Made by a program: the position numbers and the translations under genes
Notes under the pieces: model-generated
The model's database searches: none
Seen by the model: the letters and a program-made list of their open reading frames with translations, nothing else
What the model was told of the DNA's origin: nothing
In this document: positions 21,243 to 29,382 of the stretch, piece by piece
Position numbering within the stretch: the first letter of the stretch is position 1
Layout of the letters: every line of letters starts with the position of its first letter
DNA from: Candidatus Babeliales bacterium
GTDB taxonomy: Bacteria; Babelota; Babeliae; Babelales; JANWKD01
NCBI GenBank assembly: GCA_963722255.1
Contig: CAVRJO010000001.1
Coordinates: 768,001-832,000 of the forward strand
Length of the DNA stretch: 64,000 nucleotides
Direction: 5' to 3'

Positions 21243-22381
21243 CAGGACTTCCGCAGAGTATTTAAAGATTTGATCTAGACGTATTTTTAAAAAATAATAG
21301 ACTCTCCCAAAAAGCCTAATTCAAGGGAGAGCCTAAAATGATCATCGTTAATACTATAGCAACTTATCCATTTCTTACAATTCTTACAAATATTGGCAAA
21401 CGAAGTTTTGAGAATATGGGTAGGGTAATCAAAAAAAGCGGAGATACCATTAGCCGAATGTTACGGCCAGGTCATGAAAGCCTTGAACAATCAAAAAAAA
21501 TTGCACAACAAATTTTCGCTGATAAAAAAGAATTATTAGCAGTTATAGATGAAACGGCTATCAAAAAAATTCATTCTCAAATGATGGAAGGTACGGGATG
21601 GCTTTTTGATACTAAGATAGGCAGGTCGATTAATGCATACAAATTGATTATTGGTGCTATTTCTGATCGTAAGTTTGTTGTGCCTATAAATGCTGCTTTT
21701 ACTTTTGGTAAGGAATTTTATACAAATCCAAGCGAAGCTTTAAGAATTACTGTACAACATTTCATTAATACCGCTCAAAAACTTTTCCCTAATACACGAA
21801 TTATTGCTGTTTTAGATGGTGCATATGCTACTGTAAAGTATCTACAATGGGCTATTGAAAATAACATTGAAACTGAAGTGCGCATGCATAGTAATCGTGT
21901 TGTTGAGTACAAAGGAAAAAAGAAAAAGCTGCGTGAAATTAAAGAAATACGTCCAAAAGGCCGCCAAATGGCTCGAACTGTACAAGTTATTTGGCGCGGC
22001 CTTTCTTTATATATTACCGCTGTAAGGCGCATTGATAAGCATGGCAATGAAACAATTGTTTACCAAGCAGCAACCTATAAAGCTACTCCAAAACAACATG
22101 CTATGAATTATAAAAAGCGATGGGGCATAGAGAAATTAAATAGAACTACTAAGCAAAGTTTAGGTTTACAGGAATGTTTTTCTCGAAAAATAGTTACACA
22201 ATATGACCATATTTGTGCCGTGCTTTTAGCATATTCTCTCGTTCAATTGGAAATGAAAAAAAATGGTTATAAAAACGCAGAAACCGCTATCAGAGCTCTT
22301 AAGAAAAAAAATCCTGCTTTTTTAAATCGATGCATTACGGCTCTAGATCAAAACAATGCTAGTGTTTATGCGTAATTCCTG
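21243..22381 (+). mobile_element. Insertion sequence (IS701-like / IS4-superfamily DDE), 1139 bp
   Basis: Terminal IRs CAGGACTTCCGCA / TGCGTAATTCCTG (11/13); 6-bp direct repeat TAAATA at 21237-21242 and 22382-22387. Confidence 0.9.
21338..22375 (+). CDS. DDE transposase
   Basis: AVIDET, VLDGAY, YKKRWGIEKLNRTTKQSLGL. Confidence 0.92.
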   Translation: MIIVNTIATYPFLTILTNIGKRSFENMGRVIKKSGDTISRMLRPGHESLEQSKKIAQQIFADKKELLAVIDETAIKKIHSQMMEGTGWLFDTKIGRSINAYKLIIGAISDRKFVVPINAAFTFGKEFYTNPSEALRITVQHFINTAQKLFPNTRIIAVLDGAYATVKYLQWAIENNIETEVRMHSNRVVEYKGKKKKLREIKEIRPKGRQMARTVQVIWRGLSLYITAVRRIDKHGNETIVYQAATYKATPKQHAMNYKKRWGIEKLNRTTKQSLGLQECFSRKIVTQYDHICAVLLAYSLVQLEMKKNGYKNAETAIRALKKKNPAFLNRCITALDQNNASVYA

Positions 22382-22403
22382 TAAATACCTCATATTTTTA
22401 GTG

Positions 22404-22949
22404 TTAGCTTCTTTGAGCTAAAAATGGAACTTTCGAAATAGCTGAAGTTAGCAACGGCATTAAGCGTGCATTAAAAAGCGATGCTACTTCATTGCGGAAG
22501 AAATATGACGCTATACCGGCGGCACTAAGTCCTAATCCGATGGCACCATAGATTCGTTTGTAATCATAGGTATCAATATACATTGTATTAAAACAATGCG
22601 AAACGTTGTGCTCTTCTATACCTACTTGCTGCGTAAACCAACCAGTTCGAACACATGAAATACGCTTTGTTTTGTATACTTTAAATTCTTGTGCCCTTGT
22701 TCTCTTTCCTGAAACATAATCTAAATACTTTTTAGCTCCAGTTAAAAGCTCAAGCGCTGTAGCATCATTTTCGAACTTAGCTTTTTTTGCTTCAAATGCT
22801 TTCAAGATCTCTTGATCTGTTGCTCCTTGTCTTGCACCAAGTTGTTTACATGCAAGTGGATATGTCCACATATTCATTGCAAATGATTGTTGTACCATTC
22901 CAACAAGAATGATAGTTGCAGCAATATATAATTTTGTACTTATTTTCAT
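22404..22949 (-). CDS. Secreted protein with a degenerate J-like segment and C-terminal TM
   Basis: ACKQLGARQGATDQEILKAF, no HPD; GAIGLGLSAAGIASYFF. Confidence 0.75.
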   Translation of the reverse strand: MKISTKLYIAATIILVGMVQQSFAMNMWTYPLACKQLGARQGATDQEILKAFEAKKAKFENDATALELLTGAKKYLDYVSGKRTRAQEFKVYKTKRISCVRTGWFTQQVGIEEHNVSHCFNTMYIDTYDYKRIYGAIGLGLSAAGIASYFFRNEVASLFNARLMPLLTSAISKVPFLAQRS

Positions 22950-22987
22950 AAATTTTCCTTTTGTTTAAAAAATTAATTTTTTCGTTT

Positions 22988-23680
22988 CTAAGCTGCAACA
23001 GCAGCTTTTCTATAGTTATACCATACTACCGCTAATCCTAGCCCAATCGTGGCAACAATACCGATTCCTAAAGCCCATTTAAAACGTTGATTTCGAGGTG
23101 CCTCATGCGTCTCTCCATCTTCACGTTCTTGAATCTGTGAGAGTGCTTCCACAAGGTCTAGATCTTCCATTGAAGTAACAACTTTCTTGGCTGTCTCAAA
23201 TTCTTTCTCTCTATTATCTTGCTTTTTAATATGATTGGCAGCTTTAATACGATTTTTACGGCGCGCATTTCTTCGCTCAAGTCGCCTCGCACATCTTTCT
23301 TCAAAAAGCTTTTTTGCTGTGTATAAACTTTCACACTCTTCAGACATCAACAAAAGCTTTGAAAATTCCATTTTATTATCGTATGTTTTCAATGTATAAC
23401 ACAAATTCAATTGATCTTTATCGCCATTAGGCAAATATATCCAATATTTACCATCGATCCTAAAACCATTTTCTTTGATAAATTCATCATCAAAACTGAA
23501 TTCATTTTCATTGTCAAAGCACTGACCTTTTGAACTAGGGACTAAACCATTGGCAATACCATCTTCATCAATTTCTACTTCAGGAGTAGGTTGTTCCATG
23601 CTTATTACTTGGCCCATGCCAAACAAAAACATAAGGCCTAAAAAGATAATTGTTTTATTCATTTTCATATATAACCCCAT
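22988..23680 (-). CDS. Secreted protein with a basic patch and C-terminal tail anchor
   Basis: Signal peptide VIS-MEQ; RRLERRNARRKNR; WALGIGIVATIGLGLAVVWYNYRK. Confidence 0.75.
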   Translation of the reverse strand: MGLYMKMNKTIIFLGLMFLFGMGQVISMEQPTPEVEIDEDGIANGLVPSSKGQCFDNENEFSFDDEFIKENGFRIDGKYWIYLPNGDKDQLNLCYTLKTYDNKMEFSKLLLMSEECESLYTAKKLFEERCARRLERRNARRKNRIKAANHIKKQDNREKEFETAKKVVTSMEDLDLVEALSQIQEREDGETHEAPRNQRFKWALGIGIVATIGLGLAVVWYNYRKAAVAA

Positions 23681-23707
23681 TTTTTTCTTTTAATTATTTT
23701 AGGGAGC

Positions 23708-24361
23708 TTAAACTGTAATAAAAAGTTTAAATTTCTTGCCAGTCAACAAATAATAAGCATTATTTATTTCAATTAATTGCCCAGGAGTTCTTGCTAAATC
23801 ATAATCCCATATACGCTGTGCCGTCTCTTCAATCTCTTGCACTGTTGCATCTGGACCAACGCCCAATATTCTACGTGCTTCTTTATCAGTCATTATCGTT
23901 TTGAGCTTTGGAACTTCGAATCTAAATTTTTTACCAGTCAATAGCTCAAATGCATTATTAATTTTTTTTATCTGCTTTTTAACAGCAATTTCAATCTCTT
24001 GCTCAGTTGCTCCATATCGAACTCCTAGTACTTTAAAAGCTTGTTCAGTTCCAGTAGTCTCGAGCTCTAAATCAAACGTTATACCTGCTGCATCATTAAT
24101 TCCAAAAAGCTTAAATTTCTCGCCCGTTAAGGCCTCATATGCCTTGACCACTCTGTTCCAAAAGCCAGGCAGCCTGATTACTTTTTGTGAGCGCAAAAGG
24201 TTAATTCTTGCTTCAATCTCTTCTTGTGTTGCATTTTCATTAACCTCTAAAAATTCACACGCATATGCTTTAGACATAATAACTTTTGCTGAAACAGTAG
24301 TGCCCATAACCATAAAAGTTAAAACCATAAGAACAACTATTTTATTTATTTTCATTTTCAT
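23708..24361 (-). CDS. Secreted protein with three tandem J-like repeats lacking HPD
   Basis: Three units of A..L(G/E)V...AT..EIE...(K/N)A(Y/F)..LTG.KF. Confidence 0.8.
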   Translation of the reverse strand: MKMKINKIVVLMVLTFMVMGTTVSAKVIMSKAYACEFLEVNENATQEEIEARINLLRSQKVIRLPGFWNRVVKAYEALTGEKFKLFGINDAAGITFDLELETTGTEQAFKVLGVRYGATEQEIEIAVKKQIKKINNAFELLTGKKFRFEVPKLKTIMTDKEARRILGVGPDATVQEIEETAQRIWDYDLARTPGQLIEINNAYYLLTGKKFKLFITV

Positions 24362-24391
24362 AAAAACTCCATTAAGTTTGAAGCATAAAAA

Positions 24392-25132
24392 TTATGCTTT
24401 TTTTGTATACAAATTTTTTACAAAGTTAGATATTTTAACCAATCCGGGAACCACAAAAGAATCTTTCAATGCAATAACTTTAGCCGGGTGGTAAATCCAC
24501 ATACATGTTCCAAAACCTATACCTACAAAACCAAGACCAACTGACCATTTAAAAATAGTATTTTTTAACTGAACTCTCTTCTTTTCATTATAAATTTTTC
24601 TTACATTTTCCTCATCAGCTTTTGGAACTTTAACAAAACCATCTGTAGTTTTTATCGTAACTAATTCTTCTTCACCGTTTTGGTCAGTTCCAAAAAAATT
24701 GTCAAATAATTTCTGGGTAGATGCGCCAGCAAAAAATTGATGCATAGGGCTATCTTGAGGAAACATTTCTTGAATTTGTTTATTTAAGTTTTGATCATTC
24801 TTAAAGATTTCACAAAAAAATTGATTTGCAGCTTCTAGGCTTGGCTGATATGCCTTTTCTTTGCCAGTTATAATCGCATAGGCGCGTACGACTCTTTTAA
24901 AATTTTCCTCAGCATCGTTATCAGGATTTTTATCTGGGTGATATAGTAAAGCTAATTTTTTGAATGCAGCCTTAATTTCATCAGCATTAGCACCTTCATC
25001 AACACCAAGCAACGCATATGCTTCACTTCTGGCCATTTCTTCTAAAGGCTTTGTAAATTCCATACCTCTTGAATGACCAATACCACCTAAAAGCATAAGG
25101 CCTACAAGGGCAACTATTCTATTAATTTTCAT
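24392..25132 (-). CDS. Secreted J-domain (DnaJ-type) protein with C-terminal TM
   Basis: AYALLGV..EIKAAFKKLALLYHPDKNP..FKRVVRAYAII. Confidence 0.9.
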   Translation of the reverse strand: MKINRIVALVGLMLLGGIGHSRGMEFTKPLEEMARSEAYALLGVDEGANADEIKAAFKKLALLYHPDKNPDNDAEENFKRVVRAYAIITGKEKAYQPSLEAANQFFCEIFKNDQNLNKQIQEMFPQDSPMHQFFAGASTQKLFDNFFGTDQNGEEELVTIKTTDGFVKVPKADEENVRKIYNEKKRVQLKNTIFKWSVGLGFVGIGFGTCMWIYHPAKVIALKDSFVVPGLVKISNFVKNLYTKKA

Positions 25133-25363
25133 AAAAACTCCATTATTTACAGGGTAAAATTACTAATTACTATGATTATAGTTTATCGTATAGGGTAAAA
25201 ATGTCAACAAATTATTCTATTTGAATATTTTTATTTAGAATTATGCTATGAAAACAGTAAAAAATCAAAAAAAAGACGCCCTTTTTTGGCGTCTTTAGTA
25301 AAAAAGGGGGAGAAGCTTTTGGCCTATTCCCCCTTTACCTATAATGCAAATTTTTAGATCTGA

Positions 25364-25741
25364 TTATTTTCCGCTAATGTTCGCACTTGTCACTGAAGGC
25401 TCAATAACATTAGAACTCAAAGCTGAACCATTTGTTTTAGTAACAGCAGCAGATTCTGCACCTACTGATGGCTCTATAACCGCTGGATTTTCAGCAACTA
25501 CCGGTGCTTTTTCAACAACGGGCGCTTCTGTTATAACTTCTTCCTCGGTATATACTCTTTCAGGATATGTTCTTGCAGTTCCTGTTACATCACGAACGAC
25601 ATTAGTCGCTCCTTGAACAGCACTAGTTGCAACGTCTACAGCACCGCCTACAATATCACGCGCTGCATCAAATAAGGCATATGCTTGAGTTGATAACAAG
25701 AAAATTGCGATATATATACTAGTTTTTAAATTTATCTTCAT
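25364..25741 (-). CDS. Secreted low-complexity hypothetical protein
   Basis: GGAGG RBS before ATG 25741; signal peptide ending AYA; VIEPSV repeats. Confidence 0.65.
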   Translation of the reverse strand: MKINLKTSIYIAIFLLSTQAYALFDAARDIVGGAVDVATSAVQGATNVVRDVTGTARTYPERVYTEEEVITEAPVVEKAPVVAENPAVIEPSVGAESAAVTKTNGSALSSNVIEPSVTSANISGK

Positions 25742-25842
25742 AAAAAAGCCTCCTTTTAATGGTTTTTTTAATATTATTACTAATTGTAACAAAATATAGG
25801 CCTTGAATGCAATAAATCTATTAAAACCTAGCTTTTTCGTGA

Positions 25843-25885
25843 TTTTTTGTATAATCTGCAATTGAATTGCAGATTATACAAAAAA
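25843..25885. promoter_or_regulatory. 43-bp perfect palindrome upstream of the second DUF4143 ATPase gene
   Basis: TTTTTTGTATAATCTGCAATT-G-AATTGCAGATTATACAAAAAA; contains TATAAT on both strands. Confidence 0.65.
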
Positions 25886-25894
25886 GGTAAAAAA

Positions 25895-27073
25895 ATGATC
25901 ATACAAAGAGAAATCACTCCTCATCTTATTGAAATGGCTAATCAATTTCCAGTCGTTGCACTTATGGGGCCTCGTCAATCGGGAAAAACAACACTTGTTA
26001 AAGAAACATTTCCAGGATATGCCTATGTTACCCTAGAAGATCTTGATACTCGAAGTGGTGCTAGCGAAGATCCAAGAAAGTTCTTTGCGTCCTACGCCAA
26101 TCAAAAAGGCCTTATAATTGATGAGATTCAAGAAGTTCCCGAGCTTTTTTCCTACATGCAAGGAATCGTCGATCAATTAAATAAGCCCGGTTTTTTTATC
26201 ATAACGGGTTCGCAAAATTTTTTAATGTACGAAAAAATTACGCAAACTTTAGCAGGACGCATTGCTCTTTTGACCTTATTACCTTTGTCAATTGATGAAC
26301 TACAACAAGCGAAGAAACTTCCTGCAACGCTTGAGCAAACATTGCTTAAAGGATTTTATCCTCGGCTTTATATGCATGCAATAAATCCATCTGTTTGGTA
26401 TTCAAATTATATTGCAACATATGTAGAACGTGATGTGCGGCAAATATTAGCAATTGGCAATCTTATATCATTTCAAAAATTTTTAAAACTGTGCGCAGCA
26501 CGTATTGGAAATGTTGTTAACTTTGCAGAATTAGCACGAGATGCTGATATTAGCCCAAATACTGCAAAATCTTGGCTTTCTGTTTTAGAAACAAGTTATA
26601 TCATTAAACTGCTTCACCCTTATTATCAAAACTTTAGTAAACGAATTATTAAAAGTCCTAAATTATATTTTTATGACACAGGTCTTGCCTGCTTTCTTTT
26701 AGGTATTCAAAATTCAGACGATCTTTTTAATCATCCATTACGTGGCGCTTTATTCGAATCATTCGTTATTAGCGAACTTTTTAAATATCAATATAATCAA
26801 ATTAAAACACCCAATATTTACTTTTGGCGCGATATTCAAGGACATGAAGTTGATTGCATTATCGAAAAGAGTTATAAAGATTTGATTCCTGTTGAAATTA
26901 AAGCAGGCATGACAGTAATTCCAAGTTTTTTTAAGGGCATTCTTCAATGGCAAGAGATCCTCAACCGCAAAGACCTCAGTGGGTTTATTGTTTATGCAGG
27001 ACCTGATGATTTCCAAAGATCTCACGGAACTATCATTTCTTGGAAAAATATAAAGAAACTTATGAAAGCATAA
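25895..27073 (+). CDS. AAA+ ATPase, AAA_14 + DUF4143 family (paralog of 6918..8084)
   Basis: GPRQSGKTT, DEIQ, ITGSQ, KSPKLYFYDTGL, EVDC..PVEIK; start placed at MIIQRE. Confidence 0.92.
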   Translation: MIIQREITPHLIEMANQFPVVALMGPRQSGKTTLVKETFPGYAYVTLEDLDTRSGASEDPRKFFASYANQKGLIIDEIQEVPELFSYMQGIVDQLNKPGFFIITGSQNFLMYEKITQTLAGRIALLTLLPLSIDELQQAKKLPATLEQTLLKGFYPRLYMHAINPSVWYSNYIATYVERDVRQILAIGNLISFQKFLKLCAARIGNVVNFAELARDADISPNTAKSWLSVLETSYIIKLLHPYYQNFSKRIIKSPKLYFYDTGLACFLLGIQNSDDLFNHPLRGALFESFVISELFKYQYNQIKTPNIYFWRDIQGHEVDCIIEKSYKDLIPVEIKAGMTVIPSFFKGILQWQEILNRKDLSGFIVYAGPDDFQRSHGTIISWKNIKKLMKA

Positions 27074-27087
27074 ATAGCTATAAGAAC

Positions 27088-27231
27088 CGCGAAGCCTGGC
27101 GAAGCCAGACGTAGTTTGCCGAGCCGGAAGGCCCCTCCGTCGCTCAAGGAGCTATGGCGGGCTTTCGCCGGATAATGTAGGGCGAAGCCAGTCGAAGCTT
27201 GCCAAGCAGGAAGGCGTGGATAAGCGTAGAC
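27088..27231. repeat. GC-rich modular palindromic repeat tract at the 3' end of tmRNA-1
   Basis: Recurrent GCGAAGCC units; 27097-27134 is identical to 29331-29368. Confidence 0.7.
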
Positions 27232-27599
27232 TGGTGGAGGCGATGGGAATCGAACCCATGTCCGCATTATGTTAAGCCCAAAGCAGCTACATGTTTAGTT
27301 TTTGAATATACCTTCGTTCAACCTCAAAAACACAGATTCCGAACAAAGGTTAGTTTGGTGCTTTTTTCAGGCTACTCAACTAAAAAACCTTGCCTAAAAG
27401 TCTTATCTTGTATTATACGAGTCAGTAAAGCTGATAAGCACGCTGCACTGACAAGAACTTCTGCAATTAACTTAAAGCTAATGCAGGAGCTGCTAAACCG
27501 AAGTTTGCATTTATGTTTTGACTGCTTTTTCCAAGTTCTCAGCCGAAACTCGACATGCTCTTTGCGCTCTCTATAACGCGTCGAAGCCTGTACGCCCCC
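27232..27599 (-). ncRNA. ssrA: tmRNA copy 1 (368 nt), tag ANFGLAAPALALS*
   Basis: 5' GGGGGCGUACAGGCUUCGAC; 3' GGGUUCGAUUCCCAUCGCCUCCACCA; G3.U70 pair; AUAAAU-GCA resume context at 27508; stop 27469-27467; pseudoknot stems. Confidence 0.95.
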
Positions 27600-27629
27600 A
27601 GAAATTTCAAAGAATATATAACTATTCTA

Positions 27630-27659
27630 ATTGTATTTTTTATTGTATAAATAAGTCAA
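27630..27659 (-). promoter_or_regulatory. Sigma70-like promoter of tmRNA-1
   Basis: TTGACT-N18-TACAAT. Confidence 0.55.
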
Positions 27660-27707
27660 TAATTGAATATTTTTTTAAAGAGATTTATTGTTTGATAATA
27701 AAAAAAG

Positions 27708-28313
27708 TTATTTGGAACTAGCACGTAAATTAAGTTTGTAAAAGCCCCACAAGCTCGCTACGCATATTCCTATCAAGAGACCGGCTATGGCTTTTTGAGC
27801 ATGATAATAGATGGGCAAATATTCTGTTCTATAACTTTCCCGTGCCATTTGGTATGAATCTACATTTTCATAGATACTAACTTTATATGCTTTTGCGTAA
27901 GGAATTCCAATAAATAAGAACGTATCGAGCTCCTCTTTTATCGAACCCGATTGCCCATTAAATTTTATCTCAAATTGTTTTAAAAAATTTGATACATACG
28001 ATTGAGGATGCTTATTCAATAAAATTTCAACAGCAGATTTTAATGATTCAAATTTTTGCCTAGCCTCATGAGGCGTTAATTTATTATATTGCGCACGATC
28101 TGGATGAAATCTTAAAGCTAACAGCTTAAATTGATTCTTTATATTTTCGTCAGTCAAGCTATCTTGACTAAGCTCTAATATTTCACAAGCCTCTTTCCAG
28201 GTTAATTTTGAATTCATTGCCTGCATAGAACTAATGCTGAAAACAAGTATTAATATGGCAAATAGATTTGTTTTTTTCATATATTTTTCCCTTTTTATAT
28301 ATTTCTTTTTCAT
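27708..28313 (-). CDS. Secreted J-domain protein with C-terminal tail anchor (likely start 28280, MKKTN)
   Basis: EACEILEL..IKNQFKLLALRFHPDR; AIAGLLIGICVASLWGFYK. Confidence 0.85.
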   Translation of the reverse strand: MKKKYIKREKYMKKTNLFAILILVFSISSMQAMNSKLTWKEACEILELSQDSLTDENIKNQFKLLALRFHPDRAQYNKLTPHEARQKFESLKSAVEILLNKHPQSYVSNFLKQFEIKFNGQSGSIKEELDTFLFIGIPYAKAYKVSIYENVDSYQMARESYRTEYLPIYYHAQKAIAGLLIGICVASLWGFYKLNLRASSK

Positions 28314-28432
28314 AACTATAGATTATCAAATTAACCAAAAAAGTCAATATTCAATTTGTAATTAACTATAATCAATTGAGAAAATCAGAACTATTGCAGA
28401 AAAATAATTTGACTGTTCTTTTTTTTTGAAAA

Positions 28433-29029
28433 TTATCTGCTCCAGAGTGAACTGAAACAGGTAGGGCAATGATAATGCCATAAGGCACCAAAGCCTATAA
28501 TGAAAGGAATTGAAAAGAGAAACTTTGCTTTAAGGCAATATACAGATTTTGTTTTAATATAAACATTCCAGCCTTCTTCTGTTTTGGCGAGCGCTTCAAG
28601 AAGCGATTGGTCTTCGTCCTCAGGACTGTCTTCAACTACACCAATTACTTTTTTACAGGCAAAAAGATTTGCTTTTAAATTGTGTATCCCATAAACAAAT
28701 TCAAACGTATTAACATTCTTTGATAACCAATAACCCAAAAAACTATATCGTTTAGTCTCTTGTAAAAAAACTCTTTTCTCAGAATTATATTCAATTATAG
28801 AAATATTATTTCTTTTTCGCTCTGCTGCAAGAGATCGTAAAGCCTCCTTGTTTTCAGAAGATTGCGGAAAATAACCACTCAGCTGATGTGTTTTTTGAGC
28901 GTTCTCAAATAATTCACTCAAAAACATCCATTGTCGCTCTTGACGCTTTTTCTCTTCCATAGCCTCTAACAATGAATAAGACAAAATAAAAAATAAGGCA
29001 CAAATAAAGGATAGAATGTATTTTTTCAT
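28433..29029 (-). CDS. Secreted protein with C-terminal TM
   Basis: Signal peptide LEA-MEE; FLFSIPFIIGFGALW. Confidence 0.75.
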   Translation of the reverse strand: MKKYILSFICALFFILSYSLLEAMEEKKRQERQWMFLSELFENAQKTHQLSGYFPQSSENKEALRSLAAERKRNNISIIEYNSEKRVFLQETKRYSFLGYWLSKNVNTFEFVYGIHNLKANLFACKKVIGVVEDSPEDEDQSLLEALAKTEEGWNVYIKTKSVYCLKAKFLFSIPFIIGFGALWHYHCPTCFSSLWSR

Positions 29030-29059
29030 GGTATTTAAAATTTTTGAATTTTTGTTAAT

Positions 29060-29382
29060 GCGCGAATAGTCGATCCTTCGCTTTTAGGGTAAAACCTCGA
29101 AGTATTATAAAGCTTCCGCCTACGCTTATCCATGCTTTCCAGCTTGGCAAGCTACGTCGGACAAGTCTTTGGACAATCTTCGCCTCATCTTGCTGGCGGC
29201 AGCCAATCGTAGCCGTAGGTCAACTTCGTAGTAGTCCAGTCTTCGCTTGCAGTGGAATAACTTCGAAGTAAAATTGAGCTTCGACGGACAGACTTCGTTT
29301 ATATAACCAAATTACAGCTCATTAAAAGATTGGCGAAGCCAGACGTAGTTTGCCGAGCCGGAAGGCCCGGATAAACGAAGTC
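29060..29382. repeat. GC-rich modular palindromic repeat tract at the 3' end of tmRNA-2
   Basis: CTTCG/CGAAG units; shares a 38-bp block with the tract at 27088 and an inverted ~34-bp block (29120-29153 vs 27196-27229). Confidence 0.7.

Noticed and set aside
23901..24494. 197-aa plus-strand ORF
   Set aside because: Antisense shadow of the J-like repeat gene; no RBS or recognisable motif
27232..27265. Stand-alone tRNA genes at 27232 and 29383
   Set aside because: Only the T arm and acceptor strand are tRNA-like, with no anticodon arm; these are tmRNA 3' ends
27022..27721. ORFs 27022..27267, 27199..27576 and 27518..27721
   Set aside because: They overlap tmRNA-1 and its repeat tract; spurious frames
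29060..29382. CRISPR array
   Set aside because: Modules are irregular, with no constant repeat-spacer period and no cas genes
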